Positions 1 to 9,226 of a DNA stretch of 45,332 bases are shown piece by piece. The stretch is from a virus (lineage: Duplodnaviria > Caudoviricetes): IMG/VR virus record IMGVR_UViG_3300029822_000020, positions 1 to 45,332 of that record; one strand, 5' to 3'. The translations under genes were made by a program, and so were the position numbers. The stretch's first letter is position 1. The number at the start of each line of letters is the position of its first letter. Under the pieces are notes generated by a model that saw only the letters and a list, made by a program, of their open reading frames with translations, had not been told where the DNA came from and did not search any database.

Positions 1-2
1 GT

Positions 3-233
3 GCTGTACTGCTCCACGACCTGTACGACAGTGCTTCACTGGACTTCGCACCAGCAGGCGACGAACAGACAGCCTCTAACTATCACATGGCGTACCCGAT
101 GTTCAGTCACTTCACAGGCATGTTGTACTTACCAACGTCTATAGATTGTGAGCGATACGCACAAGGCAAGTCAGTGAAGCTCGTAGGTCGTCCACTCACA
201 GACGAAGAACGCACAGAGCTAGGATACATGTAA
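3..233 (+). CDS. 5'-truncated hypothetical early protein (…AVLLHDLYDS…EERTELGYM*)
   Basis: Frame 3 is open from the window start to TAA at 231-233; no start codon with RBS in the window. Confidence 0.6.
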   Translation, partial: AVLLHDLYDSASLDFAPAGDEQTASNYHMAYPMFSHFTGMLYLPTSIDCERYAQGKSVKLVGRPLTDEERTELGYM

Positions 234-265
234 CAACAACAAACTAAACGAAATGGGGAATAGTA

Positions 266-682
266 ATGTTAATAGAATTAAGAGTAGATAAAGTAAGAGA
301 ACGTATTACGCAATCGCCTACAGGCAAAATAGATGTATGGTTTTGCACATCTAATAGAACGCCTGTTAAGGACGTACAGCAAGGCTTCGCATACATGTTC
401 AATGTGGGATTAGAAGAACTAGACCATTGGACTAGGGTAATGCATGTGACAGCCTGCAACGAGATGAACGGCTTAGATGTGACGTATTGGGTAGAAGAGA
501 ATAGAATGAAATGCCCTATGTGTAGCTCTAAAATGACGTACGGTTTCGTAGAGCGTGAGAACAAGAAAATAATGGACAAGACACACGCATACTGCTGTAC
601 ACAGTGTCCTGCCGTAGTTGTAGAGTGGTACGACCAAGAAGACGCAATCAACATTAACAAAATCAAATTCGAGGAGGAATAA
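266..682 (+). CDS. hypothetical early protein with C-terminal Zn-ribbon
   Basis: GGGGA RBS; CPMC…CTQC pairs. Confidence 0.75.
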   Translation: MLIELRVDKVRERITQSPTGKIDVWFCTSNRTPVKDVQQGFAYMFNVGLEELDHWTRVMHVTACNEMNGLDVTYWVEENRMKCPMCSSKMTYGFVERENKKIMDKTHAYCCTQCPAVVVEWYDQEDAININKIKFEEE

Positions 683-684
683 TT

Positions 685-921
685 ATGAAAACACAGCTAG
701 CTACCGCATATATGAGAAGTTTCAACGGCATGCACACAGTATTTGTGAAAGGGATAGACGAAGCAACGCTAACTATAGTGTCATCTAGGGACAAGGACTA
801 CGCATTAAAACGACTAGAAGAAACAGAGCGCTTAGTTAAAGACTACAACGAGCACCTTATTGCTACACACGACGCATACAGCTCTATTTTAAGACTAGGA
901 GAAGGGGGACACCGTTTATGA
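685..921 (+). CDS. hypothetical early protein
   Basis: GAGGAGG RBS; tightly packed with neighbours. Confidence 0.75.
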   Translation: MKTQLATAYMRSFNGMHTVFVKGIDEATLTIVSSRDKDYALKRLEETERLVKDYNEHLIATHDAYSSILRLGEGGHRL

Positions 922-1184
922 TCTCTTACATTCGTGTCACTAAAAAGCAAATTATCAACGCATTAACGAATGCACCTGTAGGCAAGCGCTTCACAATCGT
1001 CGTAGTTCCAAGTGACGTACATCCTGCTTATGACTACACAGGTGAAGGCAAAAGACTAGCGTTCCGTGCAAGGGCAAAAGAAGAATCTAGTATTTTAGAT
1101 AGCTTGTTGTTTGCTAAAACAGAAGTGTTGGAAGGTTTAAAGGTTCAAGAAGCACACTATTACATTCAAGTGGATGGAATTTAA
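918..1184 (+). CDS. hypothetical early protein
   Basis: AGGGGG RBS; ATGA overlap. Confidence 0.75.
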   Translation: MISYIRVTKKQIINALTNAPVGKRFTIVVVPSDVHPAYDYTGEGKRLAFRARAKEESSILDSLLFAKTEVLEGLKVQEAHYYIQVDGI

Positions 1185-1444
1185 TGAGCCACATGTCGCA
1201 TATTCACAAGTTTAATCCTAGAAAGGTTGAGGACTTGAACCCGCTCAACCTAGAGAAGCACACGTACTACGTAGTATCAGTCAAATTTAACGGTGCTAAC
1301 TCGGAGCATCGTGCAATATTCCACCATAGGTATGACGGTCACGGAATCTTATTGAACGCATCATACGAAGAGCATTACGACCTGTACTACCTTAGTTTGT
1401 ATAAGTTTGAAGTTATCGAAGAAATTACGGCTATGAGCCGATAA
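1184..1444 (+). CDS. hypothetical early protein
   Basis: TAATG overlap with the upstream gene. Confidence 0.7.
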   Translation: MSHMSHIHKFNPRKVEDLNPLNLEKHTYYVVSVKFNGANSEHRAIFHHRYDGHGILLNASYEEHYDLYYLSLYKFEVIEEITAMSR

Positions 1445-1460
1445 AAAGGAGAAATGTAAA

Positions 1461-1787
1461 ATGATTAGATTATCAAATGTAAAAACGCTTTTAGCTTCAG
1501 TGGTGGCAGTAGCAGCAATGGCGGTACAAACGTCAAACATGGCAGGGGACACAACTTCCCTTAGTTCTAAGCAAGACATTCTAGAGTATTCAAGCAATGA
1601 TGACAGATGCTATTACCTGTATCAACCTACGGCAGAGTATGAGCCGTATATCTGTATGCAGAAAGAGAATCCGTACAATGTGGAGCTGTTCGAGCCACTA
1701 ACGATTGGGGCAGAAATAAAAGCTACGTTCACTGATACAGACCTATGGGAAATCGAAGACTTGGAGGTGCTGACAGATGGAGAATGA
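1461..1787 (+). CDS. putative exported/membrane-anchored protein
   Basis: AGGAG RBS; basic N-terminus plus hydrophobic stretch (LLASVVAVAAMAV) resembling a signal peptide; acidic mature part. Confidence 0.7.
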   Translation: MIRLSNVKTLLASVVAVAAMAVQTSNMAGDTTSLSSKQDILEYSSNDDRCYYLYQPTAEYEPYICMQKENPYNVELFEPLTIGAEIKATFTDTDLWEIEDLEVLTDGE

Positions 1788-2004
1788 TTACATTGTCGGT
1801 TACTCAAACGACTACAGAGAGACAGAAGGAGCACGTACTTTTGATTGCGAGCCTGCAATATTTGATTTCATTTCTACAATGTCGGCAGGCAGGTACTTTA
1901 AGGTGCACCGTATCAACCAGTATTCGAAAGGTAAACTAACGCCTTTCAAAATAGAAATGTACAACGGCAAAATGACATTAACAAAACTGGAGGAATCAAA
2001 ATGA
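1777..2004 (+). CDS. hypothetical early protein
   Basis: GGAGGTG RBS. Confidence 0.75.
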   Translation: MENDYIVGYSNDYRETEGARTFDCEPAIFDFISTMSAGRYFKVHRINQYSKGKLTPFKIEMYNGKMTLTKLEESK

Positions 2005-2309
2005 AAATCAATATTAGACCATTAAAACGTCCAGTCGGACGACCTGAAATTAGAATAGGTGATGTAGTAGCATACACACCTGAATATAACGAATCAGCTA
2101 GTGAAGTATTTGACATTCCACCTACAATGTTCTTAGTTGTTAAGGCAGAGCCACATTTTTCACTGCTTAACGTTCACACTGGCGTTATTAGTGAGAATTT
2201 CGAATCGTTCAACGACCTTGTTAGTTACGTCATGATTCAAAGAGATTGGGAGCACTACCCTACTAACAAATGGAATATTACTTTAGACTTGGAGGAAAAA
2301 CTAAAATGA
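2001..2309 (+). CDS. hypothetical early protein
   Basis: GGAGGA RBS; ATGA overlap. Confidence 0.75.
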   Translation: MKINIRPLKRPVGRPEIRIGDVVAYTPEYNESASEVFDIPPTMFLVVKAEPHFSLLNVHTGVISENFESFNDLVSYVMIQRDWEHYPTNKWNITLDLEEKLK

Positions 2310-2752
2310 CAAACATTCTACGACAAATTGAAGCACTCTTAACTAAACCATTGAAACACAAGCCATCACCTAGATTCGCTTCAGGTACTGCTTGGCAGTC
2401 TGCTTTTATACAAGAACCTGTTAAGCCTGTTAAACGTACAAAACGAAGCAAGTTAAACCGCTATGCGAATACGGTTGCCATCGACAACTTGAAAGAGGAC
2501 GTAGAAAACTACGCCCTTCATACGCTGACAGTGTATTACTACCAAACATCTAGTGGACACTGGCGCATTCACTTACACGGCTATGGGCTGTCTAATGACA
2601 AGATGTTCTACTACGAATCAGAAAAGATGTTCGGATTAGATTTATTAAACTGTTCTACACAAGAGTACGCAGGAAAGCTCGCTAAAGCTCTAGCTTCAGA
2701 CATTGGAGCCACGTACCTAGCGCATAATCATTCATTCAAGGGGGCTAAATGA
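2306..2752 (+). CDS. hypothetical early protein (start revised to ATG 2306)
   Basis: GGAGGA RBS before ATG 2306; ATGA overlap. Confidence 0.7.
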   Translation: MTNILRQIEALLTKPLKHKPSPRFASGTAWQSAFIQEPVKPVKRTKRSKLNRYANTVAIDNLKEDVENYALHTLTVYYYQTSSGHWRIHLHGYGLSNDKMFYYESEKMFGLDLLNCSTQEYAGKLAKALASDIGATYLAHNHSFKGAK

Positions 2753-3051
2753 TGCAAATTGAAATCGGCAAACGTTACATGGTGAAGAATACTGAAGAAG
2801 CAAGGGCGTCTATAAACTGTGTAGGCATAGACACTACAAAACCTGTAGAGGTGCTGTCTTTCGAATGGGAAAGCGTAAGAGGCGATAGATACCAAAGGTG
2901 TCAAGTACGCTATTGGACGGTACGTGGTAGAAATATTAAAGGTTACGCAAGCACTATGGACTTGACGCCTTATACGCAATATAGAAAGGTAAAACGTACA
3001 GGAAAGCGTAAAAAGAAGCTAAAGCAACGAAAGGGGACACCACGTAAATGA
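2749..3051 (+). CDS. small basic protein, paralog 1 of 3
   Basis: AGGGGG RBS; IDTTKPVEV…VRY…GY motif; Lys/Arg-rich tail. Confidence 0.7.
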   Translation: MMQIEIGKRYMVKNTEEARASINCVGIDTTKPVEVLSFEWESVRGDRYQRCQVRYWTVRGRNIKGYASTMDLTPYTQYRKVKRTGKRKKKLKQRKGTPRK

Positions 3052-3323
3052 GACACTACTACTTAAAATCACAATACTACGACTGTGTTAAAGATATAAG
3101 CACGCAACCTATAGGCATGGCGTTGTCAAATATTGACGTAACGAAGCCACTAGAGGTAACAGGCGAGTTGTTACCGTTTGTGGAATTGCCATTAGAAGTG
3201 CGATACACATGTGTGAACGGCTATAGACCTTTTGGCTATGTTGAAAGAAAGTTCATCACATTATTTAAAAATGGCAAGACTGGAAAGAAGCTAAGACAAC
3301 GAAAGGTAGGTAAGCGTAAATGA
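3048..3323 (+). CDS. small basic protein, paralog 2 of 3
   Basis: IDVTKPLEV…VRY…GYV motif; basic tail KKLRQRK. Confidence 0.7.
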   Translation: MRHYYLKSQYYDCVKDISTQPIGMALSNIDVTKPLEVTGELLPFVELPLEVRYTCVNGYRPFGYVERKFITLFKNGKTGKKLRQRKVGKRK

Positions 3324-3586
3324 CATTACAAAGCGGAGCAGTGTGTACACTTAAAAACAGAGGACTGGAACCGATAGCGACACTAGCGTTCATAGATGTA
3401 AACGAACCTATTATCATAGTTAGTCGGGCTTCTACATTCGATATTGACGGCGTACGAAATGAACGCCACTTAAAAGGCAACTACTTTGTACAGTACATTA
3501 ACAAACTAGGCTGTTCAGCTATAGGCTACGTGGACGGTGTTTACCTAAAGCAGTATGCATTTGAAAAGGCTCAAAATATCTTATAA
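3320..3586 (+). CDS. small protein, paralog 3 of 3
   Basis: IDVNEPIII…VQY…GYV motif; lacks the basic tail. Confidence 0.7.
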   Translation: MTLQSGAVCTLKNRGLEPIATLAFIDVNEPIIIVSRASTFDIDGVRNERHLKGNYFVQYINKLGCSAIGYVDGVYLKQYAFEKAQNIL

Positions 3587-3640
3587 GACGTTTTAAGGAA
3601 AGGATGATGTATTTGTCATCCTTTCTTATAAAGCGCCTTA
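3584..3640 (+). other. long imperfect RNA hairpin (~25 bp), possible RNase III processing or stabilising element
   Basis: TAAGACGTTTTAAGGAAAGGATGATG pairs with TGTCATCCTTTCTTATAAAGCGCCTTA using several G-U pairs; no U-tract follows. Confidence 0.55.
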
Positions 3641-3676
3641 AAATGGACGCTAGACACTAATTAGGAGGTTTTATGT

Positions 3677-3997
3677 ATGACTGAAAGAATTAAATTGTAT
3701 TTAAAGAGTGAGCCCGCATTCAATGAGAAAGGTGTAGCTGTAGGTGTGTACCAAGATTGGGTCACGGCTGACGGTGAAATCGTAAGTCCACGCACATGCG
3801 ACAATTGTAAAGAGGGTATGTACGAAGGGCACGTAATCAGCTTAGATATTGACGAGCACTTATGTTCAACTTGCATGGAAAAGAAGTACACAGCGCAAGA
3901 ACGTGAAGACATGTACAATCTCGGTGAGCAATATTATACATTGTGGGACGAATCAGACATTGACAACACAAAATATGAATTGGTGGACGAGAACTAG
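3677..3997 (+). CDS. hypothetical Zn-binding protein
   Basis: AGGAGG RBS; CDNC…CSTC. Confidence 0.8.
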   Translation: MTERIKLYLKSEPAFNEKGVAVGVYQDWVTADGEIVSPRTCDNCKEGMYEGHVISLDIDEHLCSTCMEKKYTAQEREDMYNLGEQYYTLWDESDIDNTKYELVDEN

Positions 3998-4023
3998 ACA
4001 GGTAGTGTAACCTGATATATAAT
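3995..4023 (+). promoter_or_regulatory. sigmaA-type promoter with an inverted repeat in the spacer
   Basis: TAGACA-17-TATAAT; CAGGT-N6-ACCTG dyad at 3999-4014. Confidence 0.7.
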
Positions 4024-4042
4024 GTTATGGAGGGGTTAAACA

Positions 4043-4348
4043 ATGACAATAGTCACTGCGGAGCACAAGAAACAGCTCATTGACGACTATACAGGTGGTT
4101 ATGTGGAGCCGTTAGCTGTATTCGATGCGCCCAACGGTACACACATCGGCATTATAGAGGCTTTAGAGGTAGAGATGTACGCCACGCACTTAGTTTTCAT
4201 AGCTTTACCTATACATGGCGTAGCTTCTGTACACGTCAGTAAGATAGAGGACACCGGCGCAAGGAAGAACATAAGGCAGTATGCAAAGCGTATTGACCTA
4301 GCATTATTTACACCAAAACAGGCAGAATGGAGCGATATCATTGATTAA
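4043..4348 (+). CDS. hypothetical protein
   Basis: GGAGGGG RBS downstream of the promoter. Confidence 0.75.
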   Translation: MTIVTAEHKKQLIDDYTGGYVEPLAVFDAPNGTHIGIIEALEVEMYATHLVFIALPIHGVASVHVSKIEDTGARKNIRQYAKRIDLALFTPKQAEWSDIID

Positions 4349-4697
4349 ATTAACATTCAGACACAGACCATCTAAGGTTCTAAGGAAAGACACGATTTTA
4401 CATCTCAATACGCCTCTTTATGAGGAGGACAAGCCTGCGGTTATCAAGGCTGTCATGGCAGAACTACACTTAGGTACGAGTATGTACACACCGTACGGCA
4501 TATTTAGGCTACACGAAACAGGAGAATACGGCACGCTAGTTAGGACGAATGATAAAGGAGAAGTGGAATCGTCATTAATTGAGGCAGAGCGAGCCAAACT
4601 GCTACCAAGGCGCGTACTAAAACAATTTGTCACCGACCTGTTATCACCTATTTTTAGGGAAGGGGCTGTAAAGATTGACGAACTACACAAACGATGA
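4341..4697 (+). CDS. hypothetical protein (TTG start)
   Basis: GGAG RBS; overlapping packing. Confidence 0.65.
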   Translation: MIKLTFRHRPSKVLRKDTILHLNTPLYEEDKPAVIKAVMAELHLGTSMYTPYGIFRLHETGEYGTLVRTNDKGEVESSLIEAERAKLLPRRVLKQFVTDLLSPIFREGAVKIDELHKR

Positions 4698-5238
4698 CAT
4701 AACGATGACACGTGAATTTTATGAGATGCCTGAAAAGGCACAATCTTATTTAGTAGAGTTCGAATTGTTCAGTGTACTTGAGCAACTAAGAGGCTTTGCC
4801 ATCACAACGAGACAGATTTTAGAGATTATGGCAGGGGCATTATTCGCACATGACCTAAGACAAGCTCATAACTTTGTCGATGCAATGCACCTAGCGATCG
4901 AAAGATTTTCAACGGACAACGGAAAAAGGGCAGCGACTACAAGGCACATGTGGGTAGGCGGTTATGGTATCAACAAGATACGTCAAGCTACAGCGTATTC
5001 ACAAGCTAAAGTATATGCTACCTTAGTTCATTGGGAGCGTGACCTAGAAAACTCACGATTCGGAAGCCCTTTAGTTCCGTTCATCATGGACATGCAGTTT
5101 ATGGACAACCTAGATAGAATGCTAATGCATATGAATACGTTTAGAGATTACAACATACGTCAAGACAAAGTAAGAAATGCCTCTATAAAGGCAAACTTTA
5201 AAGATACGTACAAAGGGGGACGAACTTTTGGGAATTGA
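4675..5238 (+). CDS. hypothetical protein, possible HTH regulator
   Basis: AGGGG RBS; GYGINKIRQATAYSQAKVY resembles a helix-turn-helix. Confidence 0.6.
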   Translation: MTNYTNDDITMTREFYEMPEKAQSYLVEFELFSVLEQLRGFAITTRQILEIMAGALFAHDLRQAHNFVDAMHLAIERFSTDNGKRAATTRHMWVGGYGINKIRQATAYSQAKVYATLVHWERDLENSRFGSPLVPFIMDMQFMDNLDRMLMHMNTFRDYNIRQDKVRNASIKANFKDTYKGGRTFGN

Positions 5239-5329
5239 GTTTCTAGCAGTGTTATCTGTATTAGTGAGTTTTGTAATATCATTCGAAATGGGGCGTAGTT
5301 ATGAAAAACGAAAAAGACTTAACGGCTGA
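5228..5329 (+). CDS. 33-aa single-TM protein (MGIEFLAVLSVLVSFVISFEMGRSYEKRKRLNG), absent from the ORF track
   Basis: AGGGGG RBS, TTG start; hydrophobic helix with basic tail. Confidence 0.6.
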   Translation: MGIEFLAVLSVLVSFVISFEMGRSYEKRKRLNG

Positions 5330-5480
5330 AGAACTAAAGGACTTGCACGTATTAACTAACATGCATATTCTCATGATGCGATTAGAAGGGCGCACAGACG
5401 TAGTGGAGCACTACAGCGCCATTAACGATAAGCTTACAAAAATTATCGTAGCGAAGGAGATAGAAGAAAATGAATACTGA
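5301..5480 (+). CDS. 59-aa hypothetical protein, absent from the ORF track
   Basis: GGGG RBS; fills the gap before YopX. Confidence 0.65.
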   Translation: MKNEKDLTAEELKDLHVLTNMHILMMRLEGRTDVVEHYSAINDKLTKIIVAKEIEENEY

Positions 5481-5952
5481 TAAAAGAGCATGGGACAAGA
5501 AGCGAAAAGAGCTTTTTCCTGTACACGAAATAAAATACAACAAGCATAGCGGTGAGCCAATTAAAATTATAGGTTACACACACGACGAGAAGGACATATG
5601 GAACGTCCACGGTGGCGGCATCATGAAGTATGCTAACAAGCCTCGTTACGTCGTAATGGACTACATCGGATGCCCTGATAAGAACGACAAAAGGATATAC
5701 GTAGGCGATATTGTGAAGGTAAGACACACTTACGATTATCCAACAATGGAAGGTTATGAGAGAGAATGGACTGAAGTAATAGGAGAAGTTGCATTCAATA
5801 ATGGCATGTACGATGTAAAACGTGTAGATAGTGACGGAAGTGAAGTATGGCAGGGCATAACAGCTATGGAATGTTTAACTGATATGTTAAGTGAGTGGGA
5901 AATTATAGGTAATATTTTTGAAAATCCTGAATTGTTGGAGGAGCTAGAATGA
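5470..5952 (+). CDS. YopX family protein
   Basis: RAWDK, YIGCPDKNDKRIYVGDIV and EIIGNIFENPELL motifs. Confidence 0.9.
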   Translation: MNTDKRAWDKKRKELFPVHEIKYNKHSGEPIKIIGYTHDEKDIWNVHGGGIMKYANKPRYVVMDYIGCPDKNDKRIYVGDIVKVRHTYDYPTMEGYEREWTEVIGEVAFNNGMYDVKRVDSDGSEVWQGITAMECLTDMLSEWEIIGNIFENPELLEELE

Positions 5953-7553
5953 CAATAGTAAACATTAATAGCAGTCACATATTTGTGCAATGTAGTGACA
6001 TGAAAGGAGCACTTTTAGGTGGCAAGTTTATTGCATCTAAGAACCTTTGGCGCTTACCTCATAATTTAGGAGCGCTTCGTGACCTAAAGGCGCAGGGGTA
6101 CGACGTGGACGCCCACATGAAGAAGTTACAGCTAAATTTTGAAAGAATGGTAGACAGTAAGACCGCTAACATGGACGTCACGTATCCTAAATTGCGTGAC
6201 TATCAGAATGCAGATGTTAATTTTCTGTTAACTCGTTCAGCCTTTGGCATTTTCAGTGAACAGCGTACAGGAAAGACACCTACAACGTGCACTATGCTAG
6301 GTCAACGTGCTGTCAAAACGATTGTAGTTGTACCTACATCGTTACTTTACGATTGGAAAAGTCAAATTGAGGCATGGGCAGGCATGGAGGCTATTGTAGT
6401 GAATGGTACGCCTGCTAAACGTAAAAAGATATACCAGCATTTTCATGAAACAACTGACAAGCCTATCGCCTTAGTTATCAGTAAAGGTGTAGCAACTAAG
6501 GACATTAATATCCTACAAAGTGTCGACTATGAGGCTGTGGTTATTGACGAAGCGCACTTTTTACGGAACTACAGGACGTCGCAGAGTGAGGCTATGTACA
6601 AGCTAGGCAAATATGCAACATACCGGTACGCCCTAACAGGAACGCCCGCATCGAACAAGCCTGACGACGTCTTCGGTGTGCTAAAGTTTCTATACCCTGA
6701 ACGCTTTACTAGTTATTGGGACTTTGTTGACAGGTACTTCAGTATTGACGATGGTCATTTTGGTAAAAAAGTATCAGACAAATTCAAAACAGTGAGTAGA
6801 AAGAAAGAGTACTACGAAATGATGGAGCAATATGCTATACAGCGTAAACGTAGCGAGGTCATGAAGTGGTTACAAGGTAAGCAAAAACAAGTGGTTGAGT
6901 TAGAGATGGAGAGTAAGCAACGCAAGGCTTATGAGAGTATGGCTAAGACATTCATAGCTACAAAGGCAGACGGCACGGAACTAGATGCCCCAACTGTCTT
7001 AGCTCAAATGACACGATTACGTCAACTTTCCTTAGCTCCTAGTAGCGTAGGTGTAGACGCAGGTAGTGCAAAACAGGACTACGTGATGGATTGGTTAGAA
7101 AACAACGGCAAAGAGCCTGTAGTTATTTTCTCTAACTATACATCTTATTTAGTAGAGCTGTACGAGTTAGTGAAGAAGAAGAAACACAAGGTCGCGCTCA
7201 TTACAGGTGAGCAGACGCCTGAAGAACGGCAAGAGGCAACGAACAAGTTTCAGGGAGGTAAGTTAATGGTTCTGTTATGTAACATCGAAGCAGCGGGCGT
7301 AGGTCTGACACTAGATAGGGCAGAGACCTCTATCTTTTTAGACAGACACTACAACCCAACGTGGAATGCACAGGCAGAGGACAGAATAGTTGCTACTACG
7401 CCTGAATCTCCGCAAGGTGCATTCATTATTGACTTAGTGTGTAAGGACTCTATCGACGGCTACATTCACGAAATGGTAGAGAATAAGATTGATATAACAA
7501 AGATAGTAAATAATTTTAGTGATCTTCGAAAAATAGCATTAGGGGGAAAATGA
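5949..7553 (+). CDS. SNF2-family (SF2) helicase
   Basis: QRTGKT Walker A, DEAH box, LTGTP, GVGLTL and QAEDR motifs. Confidence 0.93.
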   Translation: MTIVNINSSHIFVQCSDMKGALLGGKFIASKNLWRLPHNLGALRDLKAQGYDVDAHMKKLQLNFERMVDSKTANMDVTYPKLRDYQNADVNFLLTRSAFGIFSEQRTGKTPTTCTMLGQRAVKTIVVVPTSLLYDWKSQIEAWAGMEAIVVNGTPAKRKKIYQHFHETTDKPIALVISKGVATKDINILQSVDYEAVVIDEAHFLRNYRTSQSEAMYKLGKYATYRYALTGTPASNKPDDVFGVLKFLYPERFTSYWDFVDRYFSIDDGHFGKKVSDKFKTVSRKKEYYEMMEQYAIQRKRSEVMKWLQGKQKQVVELEMESKQRKAYESMAKTFIATKADGTELDAPTVLAQMTRLRQLSLAPSSVGVDAGSAKQDYVMDWLENNGKEPVVIFSNYTSYLVELYELVKKKKHKVALITGEQTPEERQEATNKFQGGKLMVLLCNIEAAGVGLTLDRAETSIFLDRHYNPTWNAQAEDRIVATTPESPQGAFIIDLVCKDSIDGYIHEMVENKIDITKIVNNFSDLRKIALGGK

Positions 7554-7554
7554 A

Positions 7555-7719
7555 ATGATTAGAACATTGGATGAACTTATTGCCGAGTTACAACTCTTAA
7601 AGGATAGAGGTATTAAAGGAGATACAGAATTGTATATTTTTATGGATGATATAGGAGGTTACAAAAGTGACCTTACTGTACGTGTAGACGGTGAAGGTGA
7701 CGTTATTATAGAAGGGTAG
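7555..7719 (+). CDS. 54-aa hypothetical protein, absent from the ORF track
   Basis: AGGGGG RBS; fills the gap exactly. Confidence 0.65.
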   Translation: MIRTLDELIAELQLLKDRGIKGDTELYIFMDDIGGYKSDLTVRVDGEGDVIIEG

Positions 7720-7729
7720 GAGAAGCGGA

Positions 7730-8050
7730 ATGAAATTAATTAAAGATAATACAGTTAAGCAATTTAATGTGCCAACAGGTAAGCAACTAAAAGATGAAAA
7801 GGTATTGATTGAGATATCTCTTTTAGAATTATCTGTAATAACATATCTGCTAGGTTCTACATCTGTACACGATAAGCAAGAAAAACTGTACAGTATAGCA
7901 AAAAAGGGAATTCACTGGATGGATTACAGGATTACAGACATAACAGCTAGGTCTTACGGTCACAGTGGTACGACATGGGAAAGTATGAAGACTACATTAG
8001 TAGAGGCATTGAAGGAAAAAGGCTTCATACATGGTAAATTAGATGACTAG
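7730..8050 (+). CDS. hypothetical protein
   Basis: AGGAG RBS. Confidence 0.7.
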   Translation: MKLIKDNTVKQFNVPTGKQLKDEKVLIEISLLELSVITYLLGSTSVHDKQEKLYSIAKKGIHWMDYRITDITARSYGHSGTTWESMKTTLVEALKEKGFIHGKLDD

Positions 8051-8447
8051 GGAAAAAGTTGATAAAGCAACAGCTTATATTGTTGAATATTTCACAGGAC
8101 ATGGGGCGCTCGTACAAGTGCGGCGCTCTAAGTCCACGAATGCGAGTTACATTGCCTTAGATGACACGTTAGGTGGGACGATTCGTGTGGCAGATTATCC
8201 ACAATCAAGTCACAGGCACTTTAGTTGTAACATTCAGGAAGGTGTCGAGTGGAAAACTACAGGCTTCTTAGATATGAGGCACGTAACTTCGCCTTTTAGT
8301 AGAATACTAGAGGCACTAGAATTAGTGCGAGAAGGTCGAGAGAAAAAGATTGCTCGCTTAGGTTGGGACGTGTACGTACAAATGACACAACAAGGCAGGA
8401 CGGCTCCTAACTATATCAAGTTTTGGAAGGATGCTGAATACATGTAG
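8043..8447 (+). CDS. hypothetical phage protein
   Basis: Overlapping packing; SxSTxxSY…IRVADY pattern. Confidence 0.7.
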   Translation: MTREKVDKATAYIVEYFTGHGALVQVRRSKSTNASYIALDDTLGGTIRVADYPQSSHRHFSCNIQEGVEWKTTGFLDMRHVTSPFSRILEALELVREGREKKIARLGWDVYVQMTQQGRTAPNYIKFWKDAEYM

Positions 8448-8469
8448 GTGATGTAAAGGGGGAAATGCT

Positions 8470-8850
8470 GTGGACAAGAAACAGATTAGAGAAGCTATAA
8501 AGAAAAAGCAAGGCGAGATACTAAGTGTGCAGAAGGGTATAATAGATGCTACAACAGACAAACTTACTCTAATAGAGAATAAGTTCATGTACAACGCTTC
8601 TGAATATAACCACGAAAGAATGCATAATGACATAGTAATGCTTGAACTAAGGAATAAGAGACGTGCCATAAATAGAGAGATAACGTCCTTACAACAGGAA
8701 CTAGGAGACATTAACGAGCGTGAACGAGCAGAGCGTCAAAAGGAATGGAGTACGCAGTTTGTTAACACCGCTCGTAATGTCCTAGATGATAAACAATTCG
8801 ATACAATTATACGCCTTACTAACGAGGCGGTGCAACAGTATGAAAGCTAG
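8470..8850 (+). CDS. coiled-coil hypothetical protein (GTG start)
   Basis: AGGGGG RBS; heptad-rich sequence. Confidence 0.7.
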   Translation: MDKKQIREAIKKKQGEILSVQKGIIDATTDKLTLIENKFMYNASEYNHERMHNDIVMLELRNKRRAINREITSLQQELGDINERERAERQKEWSTQFVNTARNVLDDKQFDTIIRLTNEAVQQYES

Positions 8851-9226
8851 GGAACATGCGTGCGGTTGCAAATGGTGCGGACGACCTTTAACATGGGTTA
8901 GGTCAAGACCTAGAGGAGAAAAGTTTCATGAGACATACAGATGGACATGCGATCATTGCGGACGACATGAAATGAACGGTGACGCACAAATGAGTATAGC
9001 AGAGGTAAGATTACGTATGCTGAAGCGTGAGGCACATATACTAGTAGACCACTTTTGGAAATACGACGAATACACAAGACCATCTGTATATAGACGTATT
9101 AGAAAAGTGCTGAAGTTAAGTGAAGAACAGCCTGCTAACATCTCTAAGCTAAGTGAGGAACAGCTTAGAACGGTTATACGCAGAGTAAAGGAGGGCACAT
9201 TCTTATGGTACAAGAGGGCGCTGTAG
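8840..9226 (+). CDS. zinc-finger protein, DUF3268-like (start revised to 8840)
   Basis: GAGG RBS; CKWCG…CDHCG followed by LRMLKREAH…D.FWK. Confidence 0.7.
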   Translation: MKAREHACGCKWCGRPLTWVRSRPRGEKFHETYRWTCDHCGRHEMNGDAQMSIAEVRLRMLKREAHILVDHFWKYDEYTRPSVYRRIRKVLKLSEEQPANISKLSEEQLRTVIRRVKEGTFLWYKRAL

